DNA of 55,533 bases, the filler included, from Armatimonadota bacterium (GTDB taxonomy: Bacteria; Armatimonadota; Fimbriimonadia; Fimbriimonadales; Fimbriimonadaceae), in the NCBI GenBank assembly GCA_031400935.1. It is 5 parts of 5 records of this genome, joined end to end, with 100 filler letters (N's around TTAATTAATTAA, not from the genome) between each part and the next. Parts side by side here need not be neighbours in the genome. Positions count along the whole stretch, not along the records: positions 8,481 to 39,093 come from JANNQV010000055.1; 4 more parts are not named here. One strand, given 5' to 3'. The notes below the pieces were generated by a model. The model saw only the letters and a list, made by a program, of their open reading frames with translations. It did not search any database and was not told the DNA's origin. Positions within the stretch are counted from its first letter, which is position 1, and every line of letters starts with the position of its first letter. The translations under genes were made by a program, and so were the position numbers. Shown here piece after piece: positions 9,927-19,518 of this stretch.

Positions 9927-10504
9927 GCAGCCTTTTTGAAGTAGGAACAATTCCAGCGGGATTAGTGATCCGATACGCGTTTGTCTCGCCCGAAGCACAG
10001 AACGACCTCGAAAACTGGTTGGACAAGCAGGACTGGCTTGAAGATCTTGCGCGCCGAGTTCAGCATTACGGCTGGAAGTACGATTATCGTGCTCGGTCAG
10101 TTGCACCCAATTCGTTCCTTGGCGTACTCCCGCAGCCGCTCGAAGAACTGGCAATCAGGCTAAAATCAGAAAAACTGATGAGCGAAATACCCGATCAGGC
10201 AATCATCAATGAGTATTTGCCCGGGCAAGGAATAGCGGCCCACGTAGACTGCAAGCCTTGTTTCGGTCCCGAAATAGCAACGATCTCGCTAGGGGACGAG
10301 TATCCGATGGTATTCACTAATGCTCGAACTGGAGTTGAACAAATCGTTTGGCTGCCCAAGGGATCGGTTTGCGTAATGAGCTGCGAATCTAGGTATTTGT
10401 GGACCCATGAGATACCAAAGCGAAAGTCGGATAAGATTCCTGGCGGCGGAATCAAGAAACGCAAACGCAGAGTCTCCATAACATTCAGAAACGTTGTCAT
10501 GTAA
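9923..10504 (+). CDS. AlkB-family 2OG-Fe(II) dioxygenase
   Basis: RRVQHYG, NEYLPGQGIAAHVD, WTHEI, RRVSITFR; TTGA overlap with the upstream stop. Confidence 0.9.
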   Translation: MSSLFEVGTIPAGLVIRYAFVSPEAQNDLENWLDKQDWLEDLARRVQHYGWKYDYRARSVAPNSFLGVLPQPLEELAIRLKSEKLMSEIPDQAIINEYLPGQGIAAHVDCKPCFGPEIATISLGDEYPMVFTNARTGVEQIVWLPKGSVCVMSCESRYLWTHEIPKRKSDKIPGGGIKKRKRRVSITFRNVVM

Positions 10505-10641
10505 GATTGTCAAGGAGTGGGTTCGAAGGACTCACAACGATTTCCAAGGGAAAACAACCGAACCATTATTCATGGCATTTTGCTTAGGTCTTATAGCTCC
10601 ATGACTACGGAATCATTTCACCAAGTGCTCTGCACAAGGAT

Positions 10642-11103
10642 GTGATTTCAATGCCAACACCATTATTGATTGTTTCAAGTCTCATGCTCGGATTTCAAGG
10701 CCAAAGCCAGGAAATCATCGAAGACGCGATCAATCGCCCACATAATCTCGCCAAAGCAGCCAACAAAGCTGCGGCCGCGAAAGTCGCAATTTGGAACCCG
10801 GATGCCATGGTTCTCTTCAAAGGCAAAATTCTCGGCAAACAAGAAGGCGCACCCTACGCCGACGGCAAAATGTACACAACTCTTCTCGTGAAGACCAAGG
10901 AAGGTGGAGTTGCCATGGTCGAGCTCGGGCCCAAAAAGTATGTGGATGCTCAATCAATTCGGCTTACGATGGGAAAAGAAATCTGGGTCTCAGGTTCAAA
11001 GAGCTGGGTGAACGGAGACTCCATCATTCTGGCTGATCGGCTGAATGTAGATGGATTCAAGCCATCGTTTCGAAAAGCTGACGGCACTCCGTTTTGGAGA
11101 TAA
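10642..11103 (+). CDS. secreted OB-fold protein (MamS/MamX-like domain, tentative)
   Basis: Signal peptide; VELGP...GSK...ILAD...FRKADGTPFW pattern. Confidence 0.6.
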   Translation: MISMPTPLLIVSSLMLGFQGQSQEIIEDAINRPHNLAKAANKAAAAKVAIWNPDAMVLFKGKILGKQEGAPYADGKMYTTLLVKTKEGGVAMVELGPKKYVDAQSIRLTMGKEIWVSGSKSWVNGDSIILADRLNVDGFKPSFRKADGTPFWR

Positions 11104-11110
11104 ATCTGAA

Positions 11111-11172
11111 ATAGGACATGTAGGAAACATAGGACTAACAGGACAAATTCATCCTGTTAGTCTTATGTGTCT
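11111..11172. repeat. 9-mer (ATAGGACAT-like) tandem/inverted repeat
   Basis: ataggacatg taggaaacat aggactaaca followed by an inverted arm. Confidence 0.7.
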
Positions 11173-11260
11173 TTTCAAAACCCGCGTACTCCCAAAGAAA
11201 ATGTAGACAAATATGTAGAAACCTATTGCTTTTTTCAAAAAACTGCGATATAGTATCTAC

Positions 11261-11671
11261 ATGTCTACTACCGCAACACCCAAATCGTCAACGCTCTTCA
11301 CCCGCCAGGTCACTGCTGGGCATCGAAGTTTCTTCTTCGACGTAAAGAAGGCACCTCGTGGGGAGCTATTCTTCACGATCAGCGAACTCAGCAGCAGGGG
11401 TGGAGTTTGGACTCGTTCACGTGTTCTGGTTCCTGCCAACGAAGCCAAAGAGTTCTATTACGGACTTTGCGAGGCCATCAAAGCAATGAGGGAAGCAGAT
11501 CCTTCGATTGGGGCAACGAAGGATAGTAAGTCGGAAGAGGCAGTCAAGCCAGCGGAAAAGCGCGGTCAAGCGCGCGCACTCCCAAATTCACTCCCAAAAG
11601 AAGCAACAAAGTCGCATCGCGCCACGGGACGAGCGTCTCAAGGCGCGAATCGGCAAGCGCTCCTTGCCTGA
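11261..11671 (+). CDS. PUR-family (DUF3276-like) nucleic-acid-binding protein
   Basis: AGHRSFFFDVKK...FFTISE...RSRVLV motif; TTGCTT-N17-TATAGT promoter ends 6 nt before ATG. Confidence 0.8.
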   Translation: MSTTATPKSSTLFTRQVTAGHRSFFFDVKKAPRGELFFTISELSSRGGVWTRSRVLVPANEAKEFYYGLCEAIKAMREADPSIGATKDSKSEEAVKPAEKRGQARALPNSLPKEATKSHRATGRASQGANRQALLA

Positions 11672-11675
11672 TTAG

Positions 11676-11697
11676 GTAGGACAGGATTCATCCTGTC
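11676..11697 (+). repeat. GTAG-type REP palindrome
   Basis: GTAG-GACAGGAT-tc-ATCCTGTC; inverse copy at 27690-27711. Confidence 0.65.
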
Positions 11698-11712
11698 TCC
11701 CGAACGATCGGG

Positions 11713-12369
11713 CTAAACCTGAACAGTAGACAGTGCCGGCGAAACGGTAAAGGAGGCTTCTGTTTTCGAGCGGATTTCCTCCTCCGTGACGCCGGGAGCA
11801 AGCTCGATGAGAGTCATGCCTTCTGGGCCGATTTCGAATACGCAAAGGTCGGTGATAATGAGGTCCACCACTTCCTTGCCAGTCAGGGGCAGCGAGCATT
11901 CTTTGAGAATCTTTGATTCTCCCGCCTTGTTTGTGTGCTCCATCACCACAACGACCCGTTTTACACCTGCCACTAGGTCCATTGCGCCGCCCATCCCTTT
12001 CACCATTTTTCCAGGGATCATCCAGTTGGCAAGGTCGCCTCTTTCGGAAACTTCCATGGCACCCAAGATGGATAGATCAATATGTCCACCTCGAATCATG
12101 GCAAAGGAATCAGCGGACGAAAAGTAGCTCGTACCGGGAATCTCCGTAATCGTCTGTTTTCCAGCGTTGATCAAATCAGGATCGGCTTCTCCCTCATAGG
12201 GAAAAGGCCCCATGCCGAGCATTCCGTTTTCGCTTTGAAGAACTACGTCCATCCCTTCCGGAATAAAATTTGCGACAAGAGTTGGAATGCCGATGCCAAG
12301 ATTGACGTAGAATCCATCACGCAGTTCTTGGGCTGCGCGTTGTGCAAGTTGATCGCGAGTGAGTGGCAT
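11713..12369 (-). CDS. scoB: 3-oxoacid CoA-transferase subunit B
   Basis: NLGIGIPT, SENG (catalytic Glu), GMGGAMDL; no subunit A gene adjacent. Confidence 0.93.
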   Translation of the reverse strand: MPLTRDQLAQRAAQELRDGFYVNLGIGIPTLVANFIPEGMDVVLQSENGMLGMGPFPYEGEADPDLINAGKQTITEIPGTSYFSSADSFAMIRGGHIDLSILGAMEVSERGDLANWMIPGKMVKGMGGAMDLVAGVKRVVVVMEHTNKAGESKILKECSLPLTGKEVVDLIITDLCVFEIGPEGMTLIELAPGVTEEEIRSKTEASFTVSPALSTVQV

Positions 12370-12396
12370 TTTGTTCGGCTCCAATATTGGTGATGT

Positions 12397-13173
12397 ATGG
12401 CTAGAATACCGGGGAAGCGAGTTGCGTTGTGTATGATCGGACTGATCCCATTGGCAATTGGCGGAGCATATTTGAAACGAAATTGGAGCGAAGGATTGGA
12501 TACTAATTTGTCAGGAGAAGATCGAGTCGCGCGTGCCCGAAACCTGAAAAACGACTCTATTCGACTCCTATTTGAATCTGCAAAAATCAGTTATCCTAGC
12601 CCGAAGATACTTCTCAGAGCTTATAAGCGTGAAGCCGTTTTGGAATTGTGGGCCGCCAATGACGCCAAATCTAACTTGAAACTGCTGCGAACTTACAAAA
12701 TCGCAGGACAGTCGGGCGAATTAGGGGCAAAACGAAAGGAGGGCGATTTGCAGGTTCCAGAAGGATTGTATTACATTGATCGTTTCAATCATCTTTCTAG
12801 ATTCCGGCTTTCTCTTGGCATTAATTATCCAAATGCCTCTGACCGCATCCGAGGCGACAGGAAATCGCCTGGGAGCGACATTTTTATTCATGGCAACACG
12901 TGCTCAATCGGCTGCTTGGCAATGACTGACGAGATTATTGACGAGATTTTTCTGATTGCCTTGGATGCAAAAAATAAAGGCCAGAAAAAGATTCCGGTTT
13001 ATATTTTTCCGTTCAAACTTTCAACAAAAAATTTGCAGGGATACGTAACCGAGACAACAGCTAGAGCGATGCTTTGGAAAGAACTTGCGCCTTTCGATAC
13101 TTACATTGATGCACATCGCAAAGTTCCAAAATATCGAGTGACAAAGTCAGGTGCCTACAAAATGGTTGAATAG
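12397..13173 (+). CDS. L,D-transpeptidase (YafK/DpaA-like)
   Basis: EGDLQVPEG, INYPN, IFIHG-x3-SIGC. Confidence 0.88.
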   Translation: MARIPGKRVALCMIGLIPLAIGGAYLKRNWSEGLDTNLSGEDRVARARNLKNDSIRLLFESAKISYPSPKILLRAYKREAVLELWAANDAKSNLKLLRTYKIAGQSGELGAKRKEGDLQVPEGLYYIDRFNHLSRFRLSLGINYPNASDRIRGDRKSPGSDIFIHGNTCSIGCLAMTDEIIDEIFLIALDAKNKGQKKIPVYIFPFKLSTKNLQGYVTETTARAMLWKELAPFDTYIDAHRKVPKYRVTKSGAYKMVE

Positions 13174-13193
13174 GATTCAGCCATGCAGATAAC

Positions 13194-13643
13194 CTAACTT
13201 GACACTTTCTCCTTAGATTTGGCAGCCCTTTCCCAAAGGTCAATCGTTCTTGCGTCCCGCAGCCTTTGCGAAAGCGCTCTGGAAACTAACTCCGTTAAGA
13301 CTTCAAATGTATCAACTCCGGGCTGATTTTTTTCAACGTAGTCAAAAGCACCGCGTCGCATACATTCGACAGCATTTGCCACGTTGCCGTAAGCCGTCAT
13401 AACGATCACTTCGGCAAACAAATCGCGTGAAAAGGCGGCGTGGATCACTTCAATGCCGGATTGAGTTTGTTCCATGCTCATATCGGTAATCACGACATCA
13501 AATGGCTGAGGAATGTTTCGGATTTTGGCTATGCCTTGTTCCGAATTCGCTGCAGTTGTGACCTCGTGACCCTCTCGCGCCAAGCGGCGGCTGACCGCCA
13601 GCAAAACTTCTTCTTCATCATCAATCACGAGGATATGCGCCAT
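13194..13643 (-). CDS. single-domain response regulator
   Basis: ILVIDD, VITD, MTAYG, GAFDYVEK. Confidence 0.9.
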   Translation of the reverse strand: MAHILVIDDEEEVLLAVSRRLAREGHEVTTAANSEQGIAKIRNIPQPFDVVITDMSMEQTQSGIEVIHAAFSRDLFAEVIVMTAYGNVANAVECMRRGAFDYVEKNQPGVDTFEVLTELVSRALSQRLRDARTIDLWERAAKSKEKVSS

Positions 13644-13685
13644 AGGTTCAAGTATATCTGTTTGGCTTCGTTAGGGTTGGTTCCG

Positions 13686-13759
13686 ATAGAATTTATGAGA
13701 CGTATGAGACTTATGAGACCAATATGTCCCATGAGTCCCTTTTGTCACATAAGTCCAAT
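13686..13759. repeat. 9-mer tandem/inverted repeat
   Basis: TATGAGAC-like units at 9-nt spacing, then inverted GTCCCAT/GTCACAT units. Confidence 0.7.
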
Positions 13760-13802
13760 CCAACCCAACCAAACACGAATTGGATATCCTCTTAGAATCC
13801 CT

Positions 13803-16130
13803 ATGCAAAGCGTTCCAAACCGTCTCGACAACTTGCGAACGCTTCGTTACGCAAATCTCGACGGCGCGTTCGCTACAGCGTTCGCAACCCTAGTCGGCGG
13901 CACGTTCATGGTCGGGTTTGTCAAACAGCTCGGCGGATCTGACCTTTGGATTGGAATTCTCACAGCTATTCCCAGCCTTTTGGGAATTGTTCAGATTCCT
14001 GGCGCAGTAATGGGGAGGAGCCGCCCAGGTTTCAAGGGATTTGTACTGCCTGGCGGGCTCGCCTGGCGAATTTTTTACGTCCCATTAATCGTTCTGCCGC
14101 TCGTCGCATTGACGGCGGACGTGAAACTGTGGGTTCTTGGGTCTCTCATTGCTATAGCGTCCATGTGCGTTTTGATGGTTAACCCAACCTACAACGACTG
14201 GCTTGCATCCCTCGTTCCGGAGTCGTCCCGAGGTTGGTTCTTTAGTCGCCGAAACGCGATTCTTGCAGGCGTTGGAACCGCAGTTGGCTTGCTTGGCGGA
14301 ATTATTTTGGACGCAATGAAGCAGGCTGGTAAAGCCGATCAAGGCTTTGCCGCCGTTTTTGGTCTTGGTATCGTTTGCGCCGCGCTGTCATTTATCTTTT
14401 TTCTTCGAATGACCGATGCACAGCGGCCAAATCCGGTTCGCCAGTCCATTTCCGAGGCGATTTCGGCAATGAAGGCACCATTTGCGAATCGCAATTTTCG
14501 CATGGTCATTCTCTTTTTCACGGTTTTCATATTCGCCCAAGCTTTTCCAGGCAATCTCTTCGGCGCTTTCGCGCTTGAATCGCTTCATCTACCGTTTACA
14601 ATTATTCAACTATGCGGAATGGCGCAAGCTGTGGGAAGCATCATTGCAGCCCGAAGCTGGGGCTATTTGGCTGATAAATACGGTAATCGCCCGCTTTTGA
14701 TGCTGTTAGGAATCGGCATCGCCACGACGCCGATCTGCTGGGCGTTTACGCGACCAGATGAACTCATTTGGAATACTTCAATTCTCCTCGTAAGCCACAT
14801 ATTTTCTGGGGTCATTTGGGGCGGCGTCATGGTCTGTCAGTTCAACCTGCTCCTAGCAACGGCGGATGCAGACGACCGCGCAACTTACCTCGGAGTTGGG
14901 ATGGCAACTCAAGCAATTGTTGGCGGAATCGCGCCGCTGGCTGGAGCCTACGTCATGGCAACATTTCGTGAATCGTTAGGAGGCTTTGGCGCTTACCACA
15001 TCATTTTTTGGTCCACTGTAGGTCTCCGATTGGTTGCATCCGTCTTTCTTCTACCTGTGAAGGAGCCAAATTCCGTAAGTATAAGGGAAACCCTACGAAA
15101 GCTAAAGAGCATCACACCGAAGGGCTATGCAGCACTTCGCTCACTTGCGACGAGCGATACTCCTTTACAAAGGCAAGAAGCAATTCAAGAAGTGGCAACG
15201 AGAAAATTTTCGATAGCCTCGGAAGAGATCATTAGCGCACTCCACGATCCGTCGCCGCGAGTTCGGCGCCAAGCTGCGATGGCTCTTGCAAAACTTGGCG
15301 ATCAATCTGCGGTGATGGCACTCGTTCATCAACTAGATGACCATCCAGATTTGGTTGAAGACGAAACCATTGAGGCACTTGGAGATTTGGGCAGCGAAGA
15401 TGCAGTTCCGGCACTGATTCGGCACTTGCATTCGCCCCGATCAAGCACGCGCCGTGCAGCCGCAAAGTCATTGGGCAAGATCGGAGCTTTGGTGGCGACT
15501 GTTCCACTTATGAAAGCCGCCGGTGATCCTGGCGACGCTGACTTGAGAAGGGCGAGCCTTCAAGCATTGCGGATGATGGGAGCGGTCGAAGCTGAAGAAG
15601 TCATTCTTCAAGCACTTTTGGACCCATATCCTTCAGTTCGAATTGCCGCCGCCGAGGCCGTAGACGAGCTAAACCTGACGGCTGCCATGCCGATACTTCG
15701 CGAATCAATGATGCGATTTGACGATGAAGCCGAAAGCGAAATCGCCTATACACTTGGCGGGGTCGGAGAATTCTCCGATGTCCCCGCAATTCTTACGGAA
15801 GCCTCTAAGTGCGCTTCGGTTACAACTCGCCGCAGGTGTTTGCTTGGAGTCGCGAAACTGCTCGGAGTCGAAGCTGAGGTTTATCGCTTGATGCATCTGC
15901 AAGGAATGTCCAGGGATAGCGCCGTGGTTGAGCAATGGAACTCCATTACTAAGAAGAACCGAAGGCTAATGGCGGCACTGCACAGATATGCAGCCGGTGA
16001 TGAGAAGGGCGCGGTAGAGGCTGCGGTTAAGGCAACACAAAGTGATGGGCTTGCATCTCTTTTGGGATACGAGATTGACGAGGTTTTCTTGTTAGTCGTT
16101 GCGTGGGTTAAGAAGAACGAAACAGAATAA
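13803..16130 (+). CDS. MFS transporter fused to C-terminal HEAT repeats
   Basis: About 12 TM helices with a WGYLADKYG motif, then repeated ALHDPSPRVRRQAAMAL-type units; start moved to MQSVPN because the longer ORF start runs through a repeat. Confidence 0.85.
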   Translation: MQSVPNRLDNLRTLRYANLDGAFATAFATLVGGTFMVGFVKQLGGSDLWIGILTAIPSLLGIVQIPGAVMGRSRPGFKGFVLPGGLAWRIFYVPLIVLPLVALTADVKLWVLGSLIAIASMCVLMVNPTYNDWLASLVPESSRGWFFSRRNAILAGVGTAVGLLGGIILDAMKQAGKADQGFAAVFGLGIVCAALSFIFFLRMTDAQRPNPVRQSISEAISAMKAPFANRNFRMVILFFTVFIFAQAFPGNLFGAFALESLHLPFTIIQLCGMAQAVGSIIAARSWGYLADKYGNRPLLMLLGIGIATTPICWAFTRPDELIWNTSILLVSHIFSGVIWGGVMVCQFNLLLATADADDRATYLGVGMATQAIVGGIAPLAGAYVMATFRESLGGFGAYHIIFWSTVGLRLVASVFLLPVKEPNSVSIRETLRKLKSITPKGYAALRSLATSDTPLQRQEAIQEVATRKFSIASEEIISALHDPSPRVRRQAAMALAKLGDQSAVMALVHQLDDHPDLVEDETIEALGDLGSEDAVPALIRHLHSPRSSTRRAAAKSLGKIGALVATVPLMKAAGDPGDADLRRASLQALRMMGAVEAEEVILQALLDPYPSVRIAAAEAVDELNLTAAMPILRESMMRFDDEAESEIAYTLGGVGEFSDVPAILTEASKCASVTTRRRCLLGVAKLLGVEAEVYRLMHLQGMSRDSAVVEQWNSITKKNRRLMAALHRYAAGDEKGAVEAAVKATQSDGLASLLGYEIDEVFLLVVAWVKKNETE

Positions 16131-16163
16131 TCCCCACTCTTTCAAATGAAGAGAGTGGGGATT
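16129..16163. terminator. bidirectional terminator between convergent genes
   Basis: AATCCCCACTCT...AGAGTGGGGATT. Confidence 0.75.
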
Positions 16164-16171
16164 TGTGTAGA

Positions 16172-18202
16172 TCAGGGACCAGACACGACGTTCACAATCA
16201 ATTGAAGCTGATCTGCCTTCAACGTATATGGACTCGAAATAGATGGCCGGGTTGTCGTACGAACCACAACCTTCACGGTTCCATCAGGTCCAACATACTT
16301 AGGCAAGTTCTTCCGAGTGGAAACAGTTGCCGTAGCTGCCATGTTCGTGGCCTGTTGCCACGAACTAATGTGGTCGTACTTGTTGGTAGTCCAGTTCCAG
16401 AGCCACCACATACCAGTAGTTCCAAGTGTAGTTGTTTGCCGATAATTCAACCCGATAAAGTCAATATTTTGACCGCCAGCGCCAACATCGTATGTCAGCT
16501 CAATCGCAGCTATTGAACCCAAACGAGCTTGGTATCTTGAATTGACCAAGAACAAGTTGCTGTCAACGGCATGAACATCTGTTGTCACTCCCGATGTTAA
16601 TGTTCCATCGAACATCGTCGCTACAAGTGCGTCAAACGATCCGGCAGTATTTGCAGGTGTGCTAACGGTCCAGGAGTGAATTACAGTCTGCCAGTTTCCC
16701 GACGAACTTGACACCATTCCAATTCCCCAGAACTTGAGGTTATCGTTAGGGTCAATGGCGACGTCAAAATAGTCGCCCCAGCGATGTCCTCCAGGTCCGC
16801 CGTAATCAGCAACAGAACCATCCAGCTTTACCGGATTCCCCATTGTTCCTGGGGTATCGTTCGCTTTCCGAGATGCAATCATTACATCGGCAATGATATT
16901 TGTACTTGCACGTGAAAAGATAACACTGACATCGCCAAGGCTATTGATGCCAATTGCAGGCATCCAGTGATCAACCCCGGCTCCTGGAATGATTCCAGTC
17001 ATTGCAAGGGTCGGAAGGCCAGCAATCGGCCAATTGTTCGTGTTCAATTGGTACCATCGCGGGGTTAGCTTGTTGTTGCTTCCAGAAACGTCGGTGTTGT
17101 GAACTGCGACGATCTTTCCCCCTTGATAAGCACAGTTGAATGGCCTTGTATCAATTGAATCCATTGACCGGCCCGCAGTGCTAGTAGCATTTCGGGATGG
17201 TCCGACATATCCCGGAATGGTTGCACTTTGAAAGGTTATAGTTGGAGTCGTCTGAAAGTTTTGAATTGCGTACACTCTCGCTGCGTTGCTTCCAAGTGCG
17301 ATTGCGTAGATATGGTTTAGATTTGGATCGGTCATGCGAGCGACTTGAGCAGATCCAGCACCTGGGTCTCTGAGCGATGTGACAGTCGTCGCGCCGCCTG
17401 TTAGCATCGCTGCTTTTTTCATGGCGATAAACTGAACGCCTGCCCAACCGGAATTGCCTGTCAAACCGAACATGTTGCCGCAAACTGCAACGCCGTCCTT
17501 GTTCGTGGCTAGGCTTGGATAGTCCATCCAAAATGTGTCAGAGCCAACTGTCAGCTTGGCCTCGATTCGGTACATGAACCAGTTACCCGTAGGGTCGCTG
17601 TCATCAGATACGGCGATCAAAAGTTTTGAGGCTTCAGAACCAGCCGTTTGGACAAGTTCGAGAGCCAAAACAAAGTATCTGCCTGAAACCTTGTCGAACC
17701 AGCATTTAGGATCGAATACAAAATCGGTCGCTCCAACAGTGCCGAACCAACCTCCAGAACCATCCATTCCCTGTTGAAAGAGCTTGACGCCGGTCGTTTT
17801 GTTAAACCAAGCGACATCAGAGTTCACGACGGAAACTACGTGGTTAGGGCCGACTGCCAAATTCGGATCAGGCGGTTCCCAACCGGTTGCACCGATTCCA
17901 GGAAATCTAGATTTTGGAATGGATCTTTGATAATTACCAATTCCGCCTGGAATTATGTTTGACAATGTTTCGGATTGAAAGGCGTTTGGTGGAGGTGGCG
18001 GGTTTTCAGGCCGGTCTGCCGTCGCACGAGGTGCATCTTTGATCTGCGGAAAAAACTGTCGGCTGTCGGTTGTTACACCTGGCGCAGTTTGGAATGATCG
18101 AACTCGTTCAAGTTGATTGGTTTGTTGTTGGGCACTTGCCAAGCTGGGCGCAACCCCTAGCGCAACAGCAATAAGCGGTGCCGTAAAAAATCGGACTTTC
18201 AT
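16172..18202 (-). CDS. secreted beta-rich protein (PPD...RWGDY type)
   Basis: Signal peptide; PPDPNLAVGP, FDP, DYP and RWGDY motifs. Confidence 0.8.
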   Translation of the reverse strand: MKVRFFTAPLIAVALGVAPSLASAQQQTNQLERVRSFQTAPGVTTDSRQFFPQIKDAPRATADRPENPPPPPNAFQSETLSNIIPGGIGNYQRSIPKSRFPGIGATGWEPPDPNLAVGPNHVVSVVNSDVAWFNKTTGVKLFQQGMDGSGGWFGTVGATDFVFDPKCWFDKVSGRYFVLALELVQTAGSEASKLLIAVSDDSDPTGNWFMYRIEAKLTVGSDTFWMDYPSLATNKDGVAVCGNMFGLTGNSGWAGVQFIAMKKAAMLTGGATTVTSLRDPGAGSAQVARMTDPNLNHIYAIALGSNAARVYAIQNFQTTPTITFQSATIPGYVGPSRNATSTAGRSMDSIDTRPFNCAYQGGKIVAVHNTDVSGSNNKLTPRWYQLNTNNWPIAGLPTLAMTGIIPGAGVDHWMPAIGINSLGDVSVIFSRASTNIIADVMIASRKANDTPGTMGNPVKLDGSVADYGGPGGHRWGDYFDVAIDPNDNLKFWGIGMVSSSSGNWQTVIHSWTVSTPANTAGSFDALVATMFDGTLTSGVTTDVHAVDSNLFLVNSRYQARLGSIAAIELTYDVGAGGQNIDFIGLNYRQTTTLGTTGMWWLWNWTTNKYDHISSWQQATNMAATATVSTRKNLPKYVGPDGTVKVVVRTTTRPSISSPYTLKADQLQLIVNVVSGP

Positions 18203-18280
18203 TAAGTACTCCCGTAATGAGACTGGCTCAACAGTAAAGACTACCTGAAAAGGGGGATTAGTTCGTTTTATCTGGGATGA

Positions 18281-18530
18281 AATGGGTGAATGGGGTGAAT
18301 CGCGTGAATCGCGTGAAGTTGGTGAAGTGGGTGAAATAGGTGATGATTTGGAATTGGCATTTTGGAAGTTTATATTTCCTTCCGACTGAGTTTGCTGGAG
18401 GTCTCTAGCGGGATTCAGGCTTCCGGCTATTTGACGTTGTTAATTAAAGCCACCAAACCAATTCAATCCATTCAAATCATCTGATTCAATCTCTTCACCC
18501 AATTCAACCCGTCACCCCTATCATCCCCAA
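18281..18530. repeat. GGTGAA-core 9-mer tandem arrays in inverted arrangement
   Basis: (nnnGGTGAA)n at 18281-18345, (TTCA..)n at 18460-18530; related array at 28066-28103. Confidence 0.7.
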
Positions 18531-18585
18531 TAGGCCCTCTGGAACCAAGTGCAACCCGCCGACGTTCTATACTATAGAAACAACT

Positions 18586-18941
18586 GGGGGCGAAAGGGTT
18601 CGACAGAGCTGTTCGACTCAGGGTTGCGAGCCGAGGTTGGCCGGTTGGCCTCGTAAAAAGCCGTCCAAAAAGTAATTGCGAACACTAACTTCGCTTACGC
18701 TGCTTAATTAAGCTGCGGGTCCGCCCCCTTCGAGCCGGTAGGAGGGAGTTCGGGTCTAATAAAATCCGGACCGACTGGAAGGCTTCTGTTCGTAGCTAAC
18801 TAGTTTAAATCAATCGGACTGGGCGTGCGATCAGCCGGCCTCGGGAGAGGTCGCCGCCGAGAAAAAGTACAGAGGAGACGCTCGTGGTGATTCGGGGTAC
18901 GGCAGTTTTGGAACAGGGTTCAATTCCCTGCGCCTCCACCA
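18586..18941 (+). ncRNA. ssrA: tmRNA, tag (A)ANTNFAYAA
   Basis: 5' GGGGGCGAAAGGGTTCGAC; T-arm CAGGGTTCAATTCCCTG; 3' CTCCACCA; tag ORF 18678-18707. Confidence 0.95.
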
Positions 18942-19059
18942 TTTTTTTTTGGGTTAGGTTCAATGGAATCTAAATTACCTTCTCTTTCATTTCTCCATTT
19001 TCACCCTGTTTTTTTTTTTCAGTACTCCAATTCAGAGTTTTCCGGTGTAAAGTGTGCTC

Positions 19060-19518
19060 ATGGAATGTTTACTTTATGTCTCATTGATCTTTAGTTGGGT
19101 GCAGGTGCCTGGCTTTCCTTATACGTACGAGGACACAATCAATTCTGCTGATTTGCTTCGAACTTTTCCGAACAAGGAATGGACTTCGGCCGTAGCTCCA
19201 GACGAAGAATACACCCGTACTAAAGTTCGATCAGTTACAGGGTCAGTACTTACTGCTCCTCCTTGGTCAGCAAATTATGCGAGCCTTACGACACCTCCAC
19301 ATACGCACCAAGTTAGTACGTTAACTGGCGGCACGGTCCCGGCAAGAACTGTCAGAAAATGGTACATGCTGTGGATAAACGAAGTAGGGAAAGAGACATT
19401 TATGGATTCCGGTTCTGATCCGTTGGTCACGGCATCAAGATTCAGAGACTGGTGGACATATAATGGAACTGTCACGACTGACTCAGAGTACATTGAGGAT
19501 TCCGGTGGTCCTGGTTAA
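19060..19518 (+). CDS. hypothetical secreted protein
   Basis: Hydrophobic N-terminus; TAAAGT ends 6 nt before ATG. Confidence 0.55.
   Translation: MECLLYVSLIFSWVQVPGFPYTYEDTINSADLLRTFPNKEWTSAVAPDEEYTRTKVRSVTGSVLTAPPWSANYASLTTPPHTHQVSTLTGGTVPARTVRKWYMLWINEVGKETFMDSGSDPLVTASRFRDWWTYNGTVTTDSEYIEDSGGPG

Noticed and set aside
10642..11103. Magnetosome gene cluster
   Set aside because: Only one OB-fold protein with a tentative resemblance; no other mam genes
13440..13802. Long N-terminal extensions of ORFs 13440, 33205 and 27649
   Set aside because: They translate tandem repeats or the antisense strand of neighbouring genes; true starts are downstream
18281..18530. CRISPR array
   Set aside because: Units are 9-nt tandem repeats with no unique spacers, and there are no cas genes in the window
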